A stretch of 63,639 nucleotides of DNA, filler included, from Octopus bimaculoides (Eukaryota): NCBI RefSeq assembly GCF_001194135.2. It is 5 parts of 4 records of this genome, joined end to end, with 100 filler letters (N's around TTAATTAATTAA, not from the genome) between each part and the next. Parts side by side here need not be neighbours in the genome. Positions count along the whole stretch, not along the records: positions 62,533 to 63,639 come from NW_026295398.1; 4 more parts are not named here. One strand, 5' to 3'. This document shows positions 62,690 through 63,639 of this stretch, piece after piece (the first letter of the stretch is position 1; each line of letters starts with the position of its first letter). The position numbers and the translations under genes were made by a program. Under the pieces are notes generated by a model. That model was not told the DNA's origin. It ran no database searches and saw nothing but the letters and a program-made list of their open reading frames with translations.

Positions 62690-62980
62690 TGCAGCCTAGA
62701 GACGTGGCGATAATGCTTACAACGAAGTATACGTTACTGACGGTACGCAAGAAATGACCAGAATTAAGGAGAAGCCAGCAGCTCTTTTATCCAAACTAGA
62801 TTTTCATATTTTCCTGTTATCATAGGCGTATAGGGCTACGTAACAAAAGATCTGTATAGAAACATGCAGGAATTTGGGTTCTACTGAAAGAAACAGTGGA
62901 GAGTGATTCGCATCGTCCGATACAAAGAATAAATCTGGTGGAATGCTTAACATGTGTACATTTCAGGGAATCCCCATTTA
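62690..62980 (+). mobile_element. Decayed R4/Dong-type endonuclease C-terminus
   Basis: ELRRSQQLFYPN..F (frameshift) PVIIGV*GYVTKDLYRNMQEFGF resembles L..LQLLYP.YKF..IPIIIGALGYV.K.L...L..LGF. Confidence 0.5.
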
Positions 62981-63168
62981 AGGTTACAAGCTCTAACACC
63001 AAAACAGAAACTTATATACATTTATACATACATACATGCATGCATTCATAAGCCTCCATACATAAGCCTCCATACATATATATATACATATGGAATGTAT
63101 AAGAAAGCAGAGTCATGCATACGAACGACAAGAATTTTACTCTCTCACATATACACACACACATACAC

Positions 63169-63201
<33 letters not shown>

Positions 63202-63321
63202 TACACACACACGCACACACACGTGTGTGTGTGAGTGTGTGTGAGTATATACGGTGTACGCGCGTGTGTGTCTGTGGGAATATGTGTATACAAATTTATA
63301 TTCTTTGATATGAATGCTGTT

Positions 63322-63364
63322 GTTAGTGACTTCGAAATTTCGGTCAACTAAGCTATCATCGGCC
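63322..63364 (-). ncRNA. Degenerate hammerhead-like motif (CUUCGAAG stem III family)
   Basis: GG-CCGAUGA-UAGCUUAGUUGACC-GAAA-UUUCGAAG-UC-ACUAAC; homologous to 25965 and 34337. Confidence 0.4.
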
Positions 63365-63620
63365 TCTGGTACATTTTGAGATCAACTTCTCTTAACGTAG
63401 TCTCTGTTAAATAAATATTTCTTGGGTAAGCTAAGTTCTGTTGAATGAAAATTAAGTTGTTTAATAGGCTGTAATGGTAAGGTGTAATGGTGAATCTTTA
63501 TTGATTAAATTTGGGAATGTTCCATTTGTTAAAAATTTATTCATGCATGTAGAACTTTCTAACCAGGTGTGTGTTCGTGTTTATATGTGTATATATATAT
63601 ATATGTCTAGATAGAATAGA

Positions 63621-63639
63621 GACAGCTGATGAAGGGATA
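63621..63639 (+). ncRNA. Possible start of a hammerhead motif, cut by the window edge
   Basis: GACAG-CUGAUGA-AGGGAUA resembles CUGAUGA-AAGGAUAU at 25766. Confidence 0.3.

Overview
AT-rich, microsatellite- and retroelement-dense, gap-riddled animal genomic DNA. The repeat landscape (tRNA-derived SINEs with CORE-like and other central domains, RTE-type tails ending in (GAT)n, dense AT/GT/ATGT/AAT microsatellites) looks like an octopus or other coleoid cephalopod genome; that is inference from repeat recognition only. No host protein-coding gene can be called with confidence, and most ORFs in the track are microsatellite or N-run artefacts. The recognisable coding remnants are all transposon-derived: R4/Dong-type LINEs with a restriction-like endonuclease (760-6495, 12385-12507, 62690-62980), RTE-type LINE pieces, an L1/Tx1-type LINE (56127-62432) and three Tc1/mariner remnants, plus Tigger-, hAT- and unclassified MITEs. 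Four identical 100-bp spacers (44 N + TTAATTAATTAA + 44 N) are artificial scaffold joins, so the window is five pieces of uncertain adjacency; the piece 39806-56349 is strongly CpG-depleted. The most interesting signal is a set of about nine minimal type I hammerhead-ribozyme motifs from several sequence families, most sharing an extra A after CUGANGA and a palindromic stem III. One family sits inside a composite element found twice (tRNA-like Pol III head + (AAT)n + hammerhead module), a candidate ribozyme-bearing SINE. All alignments and folds were done by eye.
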